A stretch of DNA of 64,000 bases from Eledone cirrhosa (GCA_964016885.1 OZ024742.1:192882001-192946000), one strand, 5' to 3'; counted from the stretch's first letter, positions 42,411 through 56,130 are shown. Numbers and translations: made by a program. The notes: generated from the sequence alone by a model not told the origin.

Positions 42411-44417
42411 CTTACCTTACTTCTAGTAGGGGAAGGACGGTTTTTCCATCCTTTTCACTGCTTGTGGCCTCCTCAGGAAGGATGTCCTTATAAATCCTAC
42501 TGGAGAGTGCTTGTCGGAAGTCTCCGATGTCTTTGGGGAATTTTTGTTATAGTGTCATGTACGTTTTCTGTGTGATGCGAGTGATTTGTATGTGTGGAGG
42601 TGGTGTAAATTTTGGGGTTGTTGTGTAGTCTTTTTCTGTGATGCTGGTGTTGTGTTGGATGTAGTGTAATAATTGTTTGTTGTTCAAATTTAATGCTGTG
42701 TAGTGTGTATCGTTTTGGTTGTTTTGTTTTGTTTGCGTTTGTTGTGGGTTTGTTTCTGTTTCGCATTTTGGTGACTTTTGTGGTGTAGGTGATGGTGGTG
42801 TTGGAGTTAATGATGGTGATGGTGTTGGTGTTTGGGTTGATGGGGTTGGTGATGCTGGTGTGGATGGTGGCATATCTGTCCTAACATTTTTGTTTCTTAG
42901 TTTATTTGTTTCCCTCTGTATTTTGTTTTTGGAGGGGGAAGGAAGAGAATTTTTTCTTTTTTGGTTTCTTTTTTTTTTCCGGATATCGTTTCCCACTCCT
43001 CGTCGTCACAATCTGTCTCTAGTTGTGATAGGCCGGGGAGTGGAAAATCCTCCACAGCCGTTAGTTTTGGTTGTGGTGTGGTGGATGGTGTAGGCGCTGG
43101 TGTTAACTCTGAGTCGTTGGGTGGTGGTGGTGTTGGTTTTGCTGGTGGTGGTAGTTGTGTTGGTTTTGCTACTGTTGCTGGGGTTGTTGCTGTTATAGTT
43201 GCTTCTGTTGTTGCTGCTACAGTTGTTGCTGCCATCTCTGCTACTGGTGGTGTTGATGGTTGTGTCACTGGGGTGGGTAGGAGAGGTGGCCTCAACCTTT
43301 TAGCCTGAGGGCAGAAAGCCCTTAGGTGGGTTCCTTCACCACAAACGACACACCTAGGTCTTCTGCCCTCGACAATTACCGTGAGGTGGCTGCCGTCAGT
43401 GAGGTCTATTACCTCTGGGATCTCCTCAATGCTTTTTGGGTCCGCTTGGATTAGGAGCTCCATCCCAGATCCGGACCAGTTTCCCTGCTTTTCTTTTGCT
43501 ATTGCTATTATTTTCGTGTTGGCTTCGATGCCGGCGAGGACAGCCGCTATTAGCCAGGGAATTTCGATGGCCGGTGGAACGTGGGTCACCCTGATCTTTA
43601 CGAGTCTCTGGCCACAATAGCTTGGGACGAGTGTGAAGTCGTCACTTTTTAATGGGGCCATGGAGTTTTCTCTAGCCTCCTCTGGTGTTTCAAAGAACAC
43701 ATCCACGGTTCCATACTTTTGCCCACGTCTGATGTGGGTTTTTCTTGCCCACACATATCCCAAAGCTTTTTGGATTTGGGACTCGGATGCCCGTTCCACT
43801 CGGCGCGATTTTACATTTATTGTTCTATACGACACGGTGCATAGGCGCCGATGCTCCATTTTATTAGGTGGGGGTGGGGGGGGTGAGGTGAGGCTGACCC
43901 TGTACCCATCTTTCTTTACCATTTGTTTGGCATTTTCTAAATCCTCTTGAGTTACCGTGAATGCTTCGAATTGTTTTGCTACTATGGCGAAACTGAGGGT
44001 CGGTTTTATAATGTCATTGTTGTTGTTGTTGCTATCGTTATTTGTGTTAATATTAATTTTAGTTTCAGTTGTGGTGGTGGTGACGTCAGTCGTCTTTGGT
44101 GCGGAAGAGTCCATTTTGCTTGATTTAATTTCGACATCACGAGTTAATTTATTTTTTTCTTCTTTTGTTTCTGTTGTCGCGGTGGTGGTGGGGGTGGTGG
44201 TTGTCGCGGTGGTGGTGCTGGTGGAGGCTTTAACACCTGCAGTCATTGGTAATGGCGGGAAATGAATGTCTGCCTGAGACAAATTTAAAATATTGCTACT
44301 GCTTATATTTTTTTTTGTGTTGGCAAACGTAGTAACATTTACAATGGTGGTGTCGGTGTGAGGTGTTATTTTGTGAGGAAGGCTTTCAGCTGCTTCGAGC
44401 AGAGGGGAATTAGCCAT
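42411..44417 (-). pseudogene. LINE ORF1: gag-like with a CCHC knuckle and Thr/Pro-rich linkers (frameshifted near the C-terminus)
   Basis: ORF 42897-44417 has SFA, EGRRPRCVVCGEGTHLRAFCP and continues in the 42547-42996 frame. Confidence 0.88.
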
Positions 44418-44625
44418 TTCTTCTCAAAGAAATTTTTGGATAATAATAAAAGTTAAAAGTTTGGGCACAAGGCCCCAATCTTTTTGGGTGTCCTTTTCGG
44501 AAAACAATGTATGTGTGCTTATAAACAGTTAACAATAAAATTTTCCATAAATGGCAATTTTTAACAAACGGAAATAACAAACCTTTGCGGAGCTCACGAT
44601 GATACGATTTACTACGTAGGTCGCC

Positions 44626-44758
<133 letters not shown>

Positions 44759-44766
44759 GGAAGATG

Positions 44767-45482
44767 AACATCATTGGATACCATCAGGGTTGCAGGTGTC
44801 ATATCAGAGTTTTACTTCTCCTAGAATTCTGTCTTGACAAAGGCTAAGGGGTCATCTCTCCCGGTGATTTTGGATGGCCATTGACTCTTAAGAGATCCTT
44901 TGCCCTTTGACATGCATATTATCCAGGGAGTGTAACGTGCAGTTACAGTAGGTTCACCCAGATGAGAACTCGATTCTTAGATTCACGTCTGTAACGAGGT
45001 GTAGAGCTAAACAGAGTATAAATATAATAGTAAAAGGGTGATTTGTTATGTCTTCATTACGTTCATTGATCGGTGACGCGCATTTCGCTATTGATCAGCT
45101 GTGTATCGATCTGGCCCGACTCTAGAATCAAAAGCTCGTCGGATCTTGAACTGATCAATAGCGAAACGTGCGTCACCAATCAATAAACATAATGAAGACA
45201 TAACAAATCACCCTTTTACTATTATATTTATACTCTGTTTAGCTCTACACCTCGTTACAGACGTGAATCTAAGAATCGAGTTCTCATCTGGGTGAACCTA
45301 CTGTAACTGCACGTTACACTCCCTGGATAATATGCATGTCAAAGGGCAAAGGATCTCTTAAGAGTCAATGGCCATCCAAAATCACCGGGAGAGATGACCC
45401 CTTAGCCTTTGTCAAGACAGAATTCTAGGAGAAGTAAAACTCTGATATGACACCTGCAACCCTGATGGTATCCAATGATGTT
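44767..45482. repeat. ~716-bp palindrome (pLTR end plus flanking RTE-like DNA)
   Basis: 44767-45098 is the reverse complement of 45151-45482, with a 52-nt spacer. The HHR 3' half GAAA-cgtgcg-TC and AATAAA are at 45163-45187. Confidence 0.93.
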
Positions 45483-45789
45483 GACATATTCTTCTTTTTG
45501 GTAAATATCATCTTGTTTAAGAGAGTGGGACTGGCTTTGTGCAGTGCCTTTGCTCACTATAAAAGCTTCACGGCACAGGCATTGCTTTATATCTGGAGAT
45601 CTCTCTGCACTTGTCGTCACATGGTACCATGGGCCCAGCACTATGTGTCAATAATTGTCACAAGTGTAGTGTTTGTACCGGAGTTTTCAAGTCGCTGGAC
45701 TAAAAAGTCACACTCGTTCAACGCATCGGTAAGGGTTCTCCTACATGGATATAAAGTAGTGGCCCTACTCGAAAACGAGTTGGCAGCCA

Positions 45790-45872
<83 letters not shown>

Positions 45873-45956
45873 AGCATCTGAATTAGAGTATTCCACAGTT
45901 CACAGTAATAATAATATTACCTCAAAGAAGAACAGAGAATTTTCAACTGAGCTCAA

Positions 45957-46295
45957 ATACAAATATATTACACAGAGAGAAGTGTGTTACACAGTGAGAT
46001 GTGTGTAAAGAATTATTACATGTGGGTTTAACCGTTACTGCATGGAAAACAACACCTACAGGTTAGCAATTAATTAGAAAAACCCTAAGTCAGAATTAAA
46101 TCTCCGAAGTAGAGTTTTAAATTACCAACCTTAAAACTCTACTTCGGAGAATTGATTCTGACTTAGGTTTCTTTCTATTTAATTGCTAACCTGTAGGTGT
46201 TGTTTTCCATACAGTAACGGTTAAACCCACATGTAATAATTCTTTATACACATCTCACTGTGTAACACACTTCTCTCTGTGTAATATATTTGTAT
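45957..46295. repeat. Fold-back pLTR palindrome, same family as 12421-12968
   Basis: Arms of ~164 bp with a 10-nt spacer attaccaacc (46121-46130). Confidence 0.92.
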
Positions 46296-46369
46296 ATATA
46301 TATATACACAAGGAAAAAGATGAAATCGAAAATGCAACTGGATTCTTTTTAAGAATATTTATTTGATTC

Positions 46370-46405
46370 CTTTACCGGTTTCACACTTCTTATGCTTTTC
46401 AAAAG
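46370..46405 (-). ncRNA. Minimal hammerhead ribozyme, U3:A8 variant
   Basis: Minus strand: ctt-TTGAAAA-gcat aagaa gtgt-GAAA-ccgg-TA-aag, with AATAAA downstream. Confidence 0.75.
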
Positions 46406-48106
46406 TAGAATTGAGATGGAGGGTTTGTGAATTTTCTCGCATCTGGTTGGTGTTCGAATTTTACTTCTGTATTATGTGGAAAAAAGAGACTCGAAATGCT
46501 AGTTTTTTTTAGAAAAGTAATTTGGTTGGTTGATGACTGTCAAAGATAATGTGGGAAAACTTGGAATTTGGGTGTCTTATCGCTTCCGCATGTGTTTAGA
46601 TGTGCACTGAGTGGTATATGTCTTGTAGTAGGTTCTCGTAATTGTTGGCGATGAATTTTCATTCTGGTAAGACACCCAAATTCCAAGTCTTCCCACTTTA
46701 TCTTTGCGCTGACAATACAACAAATCAAATACAAATAAATAAGGAAAATATGTTTATTCAAAAATATAGACCAGCATTAAATATAGTTTAATATACATTA
46801 ATATGTTAACACCATAACATGCTAACCACCCAAACAGACACATACATACACCCACACACATAACACCCTCTTCTATATTCGAAAATGAAAACTAGAGCTA
46901 AATAGACCTTAACAACGTTAATACTCTAACACTTTAACATGCTAACCATACACCCCACACACACATATAACTCCCTCCTCCATTTCTACTAATGGAATCA
47001 TTTTTCTACACACACACACTCACATAAATATATATTCTTTGCCCTGGCTAACCATACCCCCCCCCCACACACACACATACACACACACACACATAACTCC
47101 CTTTAGAATTTCTACTAATGGAATCATTTTCCTACACACACACACACACATCAGCACACAAATAAAAATATATATCTCTATTTTCTTTATTTCAATAGAA
47201 AGTCTGAATTTTGACACCTCAGCACATCATCCATACTCACTGAACCAGAACAATTCTCCCCATCCCTTTTTTCTTAACCATTATCTTTTGTTTGGCACAA
47301 AACTCTCTATGACAAATCATGTGACTGTGAAAACGGCTACAAAGAACCCCCAAATACGAACAGGCGCGAAATTTAATGCACTTATTCACGTGACAGTCAT
47401 AACCAATCAAATTACATTTATAACAAAAAAACATTTGTGTGCCACTTTTCTAAGTGAACATGAAAATAAAGAACCCTCAAACGCAAACTGGCGCGAAAGT
47501 TGATATGCTTATTCACGCGACTGCATCAACCAACCAAATTTCACTCACATATGAAAAAACAATCTGAGCCCCTTTTTTTGTAAAGGCAAATGCAATAAGA
47601 ACTAAGTAATGTGAACTAGCGCGAAATCTATTATATTTAAATCTATTATATTTGGTCGCGAAATCTATTATACTTGGTCATCAACCAAATTACTATTCTA
47701 AAAAACCTAGCATTTCAAGCCACTTTTTTTCTACATAAACAGAAGTAACATTCGAACACCAACCAGATGCGAGAAAAACCACAAACCCGCCATCTCAATT
47801 CACCGTTTAAAAGGCATAAGAACTGTGAAACTGGTAAAGGAAACAAATAAATATTCTTAAAAAGACTCCAGTTGCATATATATATATATGCATTGTCGCA
47901 GCATATGCACAAACACTTGATTTGCATATTAAAATTGTTTCAGTATCGATCTGCTCACCGTACAATCAAGCTGACGGGATCCGATTCTTTTTCGACATCT
48001 CGTCAGATATGCAGGCACACTGCTTCTAACTGTTGTTATACTCTTTACACGCACGCACACACACATGTATATATATGAAAAACCACAGACCCTCCATCTC
48101 GACTCA

Positions 48107-48144
48107 CCTTTTGAAAAGCAGAAGAACTGCGAAACCGGTAAAGG
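48107..48144 (+). ncRNA. Minimal hammerhead ribozyme, U3:A8 variant (degenerate sibling at 47803-47840)
   Basis: cctt-TTGAAAA-gcag aagaa ctgc-GAAA-ccgg-TA-aagg, with AATAAA at 48150. Confidence 0.85.
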
Positions 48145-48281
48145 AACCAAATAAATATATATATTTTAAAAAAAAATAAGACTTCAGTTGCATTTTCGAT
48201 TTCATCTCTTTTTCTTTATACTTTCACTCGTGTAGGACACCTCGGTTATTTTTCATTTTGTAAAAAAAAAAACCTCACTTT

Positions 48282-48321
<40 letters not shown>

Positions 48322-48457
48322 CATATATATATATACATATATGAAAGGGATTGACATCTTCGAAAGAAGGTCGGATGCAAAATCTTGTAGTTTTCGGTTT
48401 GGTTTTCAGCCTCCTGATTTTCAAGCCCCCAGTGGTCATCTTTACGTCAATTTCTGT

Positions 48458-49060
48458 ATTGAGAAATATAATTGTTTCTACTTTAGGCACAAGGCCAGCA
48501 ATTACCCAGTGCATTATTGGTACTTTATTTTATCGACCCCGTAAGGATGAAAGGCAAAGTTAACCTTGGCGGGATTTGAACTCAGACTCTAAAGGGACGT
48601 AACTATGCTAGAAAGCATGGCGTCCAACCCTCTACCGATACTGCCAATTCACCTCCCTTTATTGAGAAATATAATTGTTTCTACTTTAGGCACAAGGCCA
48701 GCAATTACCCAGTGCATTACTGGTACTTTATTTTATCGACCCCGTAAGGATGAAAGGCAAAGTCAATCTCGGCGGGATTTGAACTCAGATCATAAAGGGA
48801 CGTAACTATGCTGGAAAGCATGGTGTCCAACCCTCTACCGATACTGCCAATTCACCGCCCTTTATTGAGAAATATAATTATTTCTACTTTAGGCACAAGG
48901 CCAGTAATTACTCAGTGCATTACTGGTACTTTATTTTATCGACCCCGTAAGGATGAAAGGCAAAGTCAACCTCGGCGGGATTTGAACTCAGATCGTAAAG
49001 GGACGTAACTATGCTGGAAAGCATGGCGTCCGACTCTCTACCGATACTGTCAATTCACAC
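48458..49060 (-). repeat. Tandem trimer of SINE family C (period 203 bp)
   Basis: attgagaaatataatt recurs at 48458, 48661 and 48864. The units match the reverse complement of 22303-22492. Confidence 0.92.
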
Positions 49061-49375
49061 CAGTCTGTACACTGTTCCATTGTAATCCCACTCTCTTTCT
49101 TGGAGAAAAGGCTGTGAACAAGTTTGTATGTTTAATAATCCAACAAACAACCGTTGATGCAAATGTACTCACGATCCGTTCCCATGCCTCTTAAAGTGGC
49201 CGGACAAAGGGAAGAAGTTATCACTAAAATAGATAGCTGTTTCACATACTTACAACAGATTGAACTTTGTACAGGTAACTGTAACTCCATGATTTGAATG
49301 GTGCTTCCGACAAGCCTCAACCAAATCTCACAGACAATACATTTTTCGATTGAAGATTATTACCTTACAAAACTT

Positions 49376-49553
49376 CAGTATCGGTAGAGCGTCAGACGCC
49401 ATGCTTTTCCGCATAGAGTTACGCCCCTTTACGGTCTGAATTCAAATCCTGCCGAGGTTAACTTTGGCTTTCATCTTTACGGGGCCGATAAAATAAAGTA
49501 CCAGTAATACACTGGGGTATTTGATGGCCTTGTGCCAAAATTAGAAATAATTA
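49376..49553 (+). mobile_element. SINE family C copy
   Basis: cagtatcggtagagcgtcagacgccatgc..aattcaaatcctgccgagg..gataaaataaagtaccag. Confidence 0.85.
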
Positions 49554-49588
49554 TGTTAGGAGATATATTCAAAACAAAATGTGCTACA

Positions 49589-49652
<64 letters not shown>

Positions 49653-50568
49653 ATGTGTGTGTGTGTGAGTGTGTGTATGTGTGTGTATGTATGTGTGTGT
49701 ATGTGTGTGTGTGCGTGTGTGTGCGTGTTAATATAGTGATAACTCCTATCTTGGTTTTAATTCATAGAATGATATTTAAAAGTACTTTTAAAAATACGTC
49801 GAAATTAACCCGAAATAAAAGTATATATTAATAACACCAAATAAAGGAAGAATGGTTTAATTCACTGAATTATGAATTTTACACGAAAACACTTACTTAT
49901 GGATCGAACATCTTATTCACAAACCATGCCAATATTTCGGTTTTTAGGAACGTAAAATTGAAGAATAGATGGGTTACACATTCAGACAGAATCACGCACA
50001 CAATATTATAATAAAACATAATTATTCTTAGTTTGTTCATACCTCGTCCATCGAATCTCATTTCAAAAACATACACAGATATATACAGACAAACAAACAT
50101 AAAATCACAAACAATCATATAGAAATACACACACATTTATACAAGCACAAACTATGTTCATGAAAATAATTTCAATACAGTATGTATATTCCAATTCCTC
50201 AGCTATTGAAATTGAATTTGGGAATACTTCTGCAAATATTTATCAATGCTGAATGAAATATTATAGAATGAAATCAATTGATATTAAAATATATACTTAT
50301 ATGGGAACCTTCTGAAATAGCCAACAGCACTTCACAATTTCAATGCTAAAATTAATGGTTCTTAATTGTTTGCAATCTACTGCCTGGCTACTCGTAGTGC
50401 GAAAAGTACATATATGCTCAGATAACCTACAGGATACACTCACACACGCACACATGCAGACTCACACACATACACACACATACATACGCCCACACACAGA
50501 CATTTATATATATATATGTATACCTATCAATCTCTCTCTCTCTATCTATCTATATATCTATCTCTTTC

Positions 50569-50660
<92 letters not shown>

Positions 50661-50662
<2 letters not shown>

Positions 50663-51150
50663 GTAGAATGATCGAGAATCGGAATATCGGCCCACGAAAT
50701 CACGATAAACAATATCCGACATGTCTGGCAGAGGGCTCAATAGTTTGGAAAAAACCAGAGCTATAACTATCGTTAAAATACCAACACACAGAGATCATGC
50801 CTAAAATCACCCGTGCAGCCGAAAAAGAACGACCAGGAAGATTCGGGTCACTCAAATAAAATATCAATAAATTAATAAATTAAATACAGAGGGACCTACT
50901 GCCAAAAAGGCACATGGTTTTCAGCAAGGGAGGGAACCCCTATATTAGCGAAAGAATTCGGTGATGTGTGATGTGTAATTTATGTAAAAATACAAAGTAT
51001 CACATATCGAATCAGAGTGCTCAACAGACGTGTTAAAATAAACAAGAGCTATTCATCAGTCAATAAGATCAACAAAAAAATCATCAATAAAATTAACTGG
51101 TCAATAGCTAAAGACTGGAGCTAAATACAGTAGAATGATCGAGAATCGGA
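50661..51150 (-). mobile_element. Partial-tandem repeat, same family as 56917-57820 (PLE pLTR-like)
   Basis: Shares ggcagagggctcaat..agagctataactatcgttaaaatacc with the reverse of 57081-57205. The terminal tagaatgatcgagaatcgga is duplicated at 50664 and 51131. Confidence 0.7.
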
Positions 51151-51152
51151 TT

Positions 51153-51202
51153 GAACTGTACTGATGATGGGTAATACCCAGAAACATTAGTCTCTACAGT
51201 TC
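51153..51202 (+). ncRNA. Type-I hammerhead ribozyme (2-nt TC duplication at the cleavage site)
   Basis: gaactgta-CTGATGA-tgggt aat accca-GAAA-cattag-TC(tc)-tacagttc. Perfect 8-bp stem I. Confidence 0.78.
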
Positions 51203-51376
51203 TGCTTATATGACAACACAAGAGCAAGAATGAGGGGCTCATTCTACTGACAGGCTTTAAAAATGAGGCTTGTTTGTATAATTGCAAACGAATCGAATGT
51301 TATTACAAATATTCGAAAAACTCAGATTACATAAAGCAGCGATTCTTTGCTTAAAACTTTAATCTGTTATTTTAAT

Positions 51377-51420
<44 letters not shown>

Positions 51421-51431
51421 TTATATATATA

Positions 51432-52707
51432 CTAGCATTAAAGCCCAGCGTTGCTCGGGGTCATTAAGTTACCAAAGTTAGGTTGCACCACCCATTTTAT
51501 GGCATCACTTTTTTGTCTGCCAGGCACTGGGTGAATGAATTGCAGATCTGGAAGCATGAGCTACGCCAGCAGTGACAATTGTAGTTTCGCCTATGGATAT
51601 TATCTCTGTGCAAAAAAGTGTTGAAATGTTTGTTTCACAGTACTTGCGCAACACGCGCGTAGACGATGCCAGCCGAACAACAGAGCTGCGATGGAGTTGT
51701 TCTGCATGGTTGTCTGTGTGTTTTCTAAATTTAAGACAGTAGGGAGGGTTGTGATATGAGGGAGAGTTAGCTGTTGTTTCTAGCAGGTTTAGTGACCTCA
51801 TAGAGGATATATGTTTTCTAAATTTAAGACAGTAGGGAGTGGTGTGATATGGAGGAGAGTTAGCTGCTGTTTCTAGGAGGTTTAGTGACCTCATAGAAGA
51901 TATGTTTTCTAAATTTAAGACAGAAGGGATGGGTGTGATATGGGGGAGAGTTAGCTGCTGTTTCTATCAGGTTTAGTAACCTCATAGAGGATATGTGTTT
52001 TCTAAATTTAAGACAGTAGGGAGTTGTGTGATATGGGGGATAGTTAGCTGCTGTTTCTAGCAGGTTTAGTGACCTCATAGAAGATATCTTTTCTAAATTT
52101 ATGACAGTAGGGAGGGGTGTGGTATGGGGGAGAGTTAGCTGCTGTTTCTAGTAGGTTTAGTGACCTCATAGAGGATATTATTGTTTATCATTATCTATAA
52201 AAGGCAGGTTGTTGTTGTTGAAGTGAGTGTGTGTTTGTATGCGTTTAGAAAAGAGGTTTTAAAAAAGATTTATCGCTTGTTGAATAAATATATCTGTTGC
52301 TTTTGAATAATTGTCGTTTCGTATGAAATGTAATAATTTGAAGTATAAAAGAGAAAGTAGCAAAATGTATGAGTGGTAGATAGAGGGAAGCAGATGATAT
52401 GACAGAGTAATACGGACAGTATCACCATCAAGCTTGACAAGAGAAAGTAGCAGAAAGTATGAAGTTGTATAGATTTTGAATGGTAGTGGAAAGAGTTTAG
52501 CAGTTTAAATGACAGAGAAAAATCGTAAAATATTGAGTTTTATCCATTTTTTGCGTAATTGTGGGTGAAATTGAAAAAATTATCTGCGTCAAGACGCAAT
52601 CGAAACTATTTCGAATGCTGAATGGTAAATTTCAATTGAAGAAATACTATATCGTAGATTTCTATAACGAAGGAGCTTGACCACACACTGAGCTTTATAG
52701 ATTATGA
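51432..52707 (-). mobile_element. Non-autonomous Helitron carrying an internal tandem array
   Basis: Minus strand: A|TCATAATCTATAAAGCTCAG start and a 3' hairpin cccgagcaacgctggg..CTAG|T. Confidence 0.78.
51719..52178. repeat. Five-unit tandem array with alternating 93/91-bp units
   Basis: ttttctaaattta at 51721, 51814, 51905, 51998 and 52089. Confidence 0.95.
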
Positions 52708-53539
52708 TATATATATATATACAGTCATGCATAGACATGCACATATACATACATATATATACGACACGCACGCGCGCACACACACACACACACGCATATA
52801 TATATAAATGCATACACACTTATACACTCTCACTCGCACGCACATACATATAAATATGTGACTGTAATTATATGTATACATATATTTCCACTATATCTAT
52901 ATGCGTGTGTATGAACATATGATTGTATGTACATGTAGTAAAGTTTATCTTTTACAGATATATGCACACGTCTTTATGGGCGTGTGTGTGCGTTTGCATG
53001 TGCATGTCTATGTTCGTTCCTATAATATATGTACGCACACACACACACATCACATATATATATATTAACACATACATACACACATATATACACATCACGC
53101 CGGTTCGAGGCACAGAATGGAAACCTGTTGATAACGTGAGTCCACAGTTCGGTCATCGAATACCACAAACTTGCATATTGCGCAAGTAGGCTTGTTGATT
53201 TTGGATTCATAGAAACATATCGGAGGTATTGCATAATACCGTTCGAGATGGTCCAGGTTTGTTATCTAACCTGATTGTTTTTCGTTGCTTTGGTACTATG
53301 TGGCTAGGCTCGCCTACCGCAGTTTTCAATTTGTCAAGCTATCTAACGTCTGTTATTACTCTAAGGTGACACAGCCTAATCGATTGCTTTGTTGCACATT
53401 CATAATTGTATATCGTTAGGTTGGTCACAGCCAAAACATCGATTTTACTAAACTTCCATTTGTACGCCCCCCCCCCCCCCCCAAAAAAAAAAAACACATA
53501 TATATTTATAATTATATATATAAATGGGGATGGGTGCAT

Positions 53540-53682
<143 letters not shown>

Positions 53683-54077
53683 GGGGTTATTTCGTTTCAG
53701 AATACATGTGTTTTTACAATGACAATGTTCATGCTATACAATAATTGAAACTATCTCAATTGAATTTTACGATTATTATTTTGACAGCTATATGTACGGT
53801 GTAGCAGATTTAAATAGCTAATTAAAAGTTTCTATGATTATATTTCTATGGAAACCTAAACCACATAAAGAATGTAGGCTGACTAAATTCTTAAGAAGTT
53901 TGCTTCACAATAATGTCTGCATGTCCTTATCGAGATCACATTAAGGGTATATCTTTACCACAGGCTCGGGTTAATCCAAGTCTTATGAAAAGAAACTGAG
54001 TAGACGAATCGGTGTAGGTACTCATCTGATGTTTTAGAATTAAAATTCGAACATATCACCTAGTCACAGTTTGTATC

Positions 54078-54241
54078 ATACTAACCTAAGCATTTATATT
54101 AAGAATATGCGTGTTTGTCGAATACTCACTCATCATATTAACCAAAGAATTTATATTAAGAGAATACGTGTTTGTGGAATACACACTTATACTAACCTAA
54201 GAATTTATATTAAGACTATACGTGTTTCTGGAATACTCACT
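54078..54241. repeat. ~55-bp tandem repeat x3
   Basis: atttatattaag(a)..cgtgttt.tggaatac.cact is repeated three times. Confidence 0.8.
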
Positions 54242-55855
54242 GACATTTCCACATTTATGTACATGTCAGAAATTCAGTTAAGAGAATAACATAATGCTCA
54301 TTGTCGAAATCGAAAAAAATCCATCATTATATAAATCCCAGCGTCAGAGTTGTTGTTGATTATGTAGTCGGTAGGGAATTACAAACGTAACTATAGATAT
54401 TATCTGTCAAGTGATACATAGGAAACGTTTCTCTATTCCCTAGAAAACTGCTTTTTTTTCTTCGTCGAGTTTGAACATATCTAACATTACATATGCATCA
54501 TTTGTTAAATAATGCATTTTCATACAATAGCATAGCAACATCATTAACCCAATCAAGAGGATACCAGGCAACGTTTAGCAATTTGAATATTGCTATCACT
54601 AAAATTTTCTTACATTGGAGGCCAACAGTCTTAACATTTTGCATATGTTAACACCAACATCTAACCACTGACGTATTTTGTGTGTCTACTCTGTCACATG
54701 CATGCGGGCCAGACATAGGCCGTCTTCCCTCTTCTCTAAAACAGTGTTGGACCGTAAGAACGTGATCAAAATCTCTGCCATTCTTTCTCTAAACAGTAGT
54801 AAACAAAACAATTTCATTATCACGCAACTAGTCTATCAGTAATTAGAAGCACTACATAGTATGGAAAAAGCAGTGTCACTACTATATAGAAGACGAGTTT
54901 TAACTCGGTCTTGACTGATAAGCTCACCAAAGGGTATTTGAACTAAATCACAAGTTCCTGTAGTTTTCTACCGTGAACCCATTTATAGTTCATATAAATA
55001 TATACATTGAATAAAACACAATGGAATACACCTAATATTTGATTATGTTTTTGAGAAATCTTCTTCAATCTTTGTTTGCAGTATATGTAGCTTGTGGCAC
55101 TTTTTTTTAACTTTGCCTTATAGCATTACATGTTCTGGGGCATTTTACATTATAAGAAAACACTGCTCAAAATCCATAAAATAAACACTTGTTTGTACGA
55201 GGGATTTGAACTAAGTGCGTAAAGAGACATAGCTCCCTGTGCCATGACATGCTCTCCAGCGCGTTAATGTTTCTGTCAAGTCACTCATTAAGTGGAGCTT
55301 ACACGGTTCCATGTAGAATTAATTGTGCGTAAGTAGATGACTGTTCCTCCAGACATTCGCAGACTTAAACCCTGGCTGCTGTTGCTGTTCATATTTCACT
55401 TGAATTAGCTACAGCAACGAGCTTACTATCTTGAACCCAATACCCAAACCTCTAGCACATTCATGTAGTAAGCCGTGCTTAAATGCAGTACTACATTTTG
55501 TCCGCTGCTGTAATAGTTATCCATGTATCTCCAAACGTATTTACCTTTAGAAATTGTATTATCAAAACAACGTAACGATAACATATTCATGGATATTTAA
55601 TGTGTGGTCGTAATTAAGCTGAGGAAATAATTTAAATTTAACCGAAGAGATGGATATTTATTTAGAAAAATATTTTTTGTCTTCTTACAGAACCCATATT
55701 AATAGCAGCAAAAAATTATAATCAGTAAAATTATACTGAACGACGTCACCATTTATATATACCCATCCATCCGCCTTCACACGCAGACGCATATATATAT
55801 ATATGTATATTGGTTAATTTCTTATATATATATATGTGCGTATAGTGGTTAATTT

Positions 55856-55890
<35 letters not shown>

Positions 55891-56091
55891 TATATAAATA
55901 TATGTATATGTATATATATATATATAGTTAAAAGAATAGAGGTGTACCACACAAGTTATTATATATTGGTAAACGGAATAGAAAATCCTGACAAATTGTT
56001 CACAGTGAAAAATAGTTTAATTAGGAATAAATGAGAATTAGTAATTGTATTGGTTAGTATTCAGTTTTGGTTTTAAGTTTTTTGGTTTTAA

Positions 56092-56130
56092 GTTTTACCG
56101 GTTGCGCATTTCTAAATGCTTTTCAAAAAT
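56092..56130 (-). ncRNA. Hammerhead-like variant with TTGAAAA and GCAA cores (copies at 61662-61700 '-' and 61716-61754 '+')
   Basis: ttt-TTGAAAA-gcattt ag aaatgc-GCAA-ccgg-TA-aaa. Homologous to 48107-48144. Confidence 0.65.

Larger units (their letters stand above)
38707..44625 (-). mobile_element. Full-length (~5.9 kb) Tx1/L1-clade LINE, copy B
   Basis: 5'UTR, ORF1, ORF2 and a 3'UTR with AATAAA. Flanked on both sides by (TAA)n. Confidence 0.95.
46308..48270. mobile_element. Neptune-like PLE remnants: pLTR(-), GIY-YIG fragment(-), 3'UTR+pLTR(+), extra pLTR(+)
   Basis: TRMKIHRQQLREPTTRHIPLSAHLNTCG..PKFQVFP (46545-46675) resembles 57946-58155. Three related pLTRs lie at 46308-46520, 47700-47876 and 48077-48270. 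Confidence 0.8.

Noticed and set aside
42408-42420. Perfect AG|GTAAGT donor at the ORF1 stop of both LINE copies
   Set aside because: No partner acceptor or spliced product is evident, so it may be incidental.
34963-44265. Plus-strand ORFs overlapping the LINE copies
   Set aside because: These are antisense shadows of GC-rich LINE coding sequence.
48458-52178. CRISPR-like arrays
   Set aside because: The units repeat in full with no unique spacers, the context is eukaryotic, and there are no cas genes.
53130-53345. Unique-looking segment with faint resemblance to M13 IGYP/LDxYY on the minus strand
   Set aside because: It is on the wrong strand, contains stops and frame changes, and the similarity is too weak.
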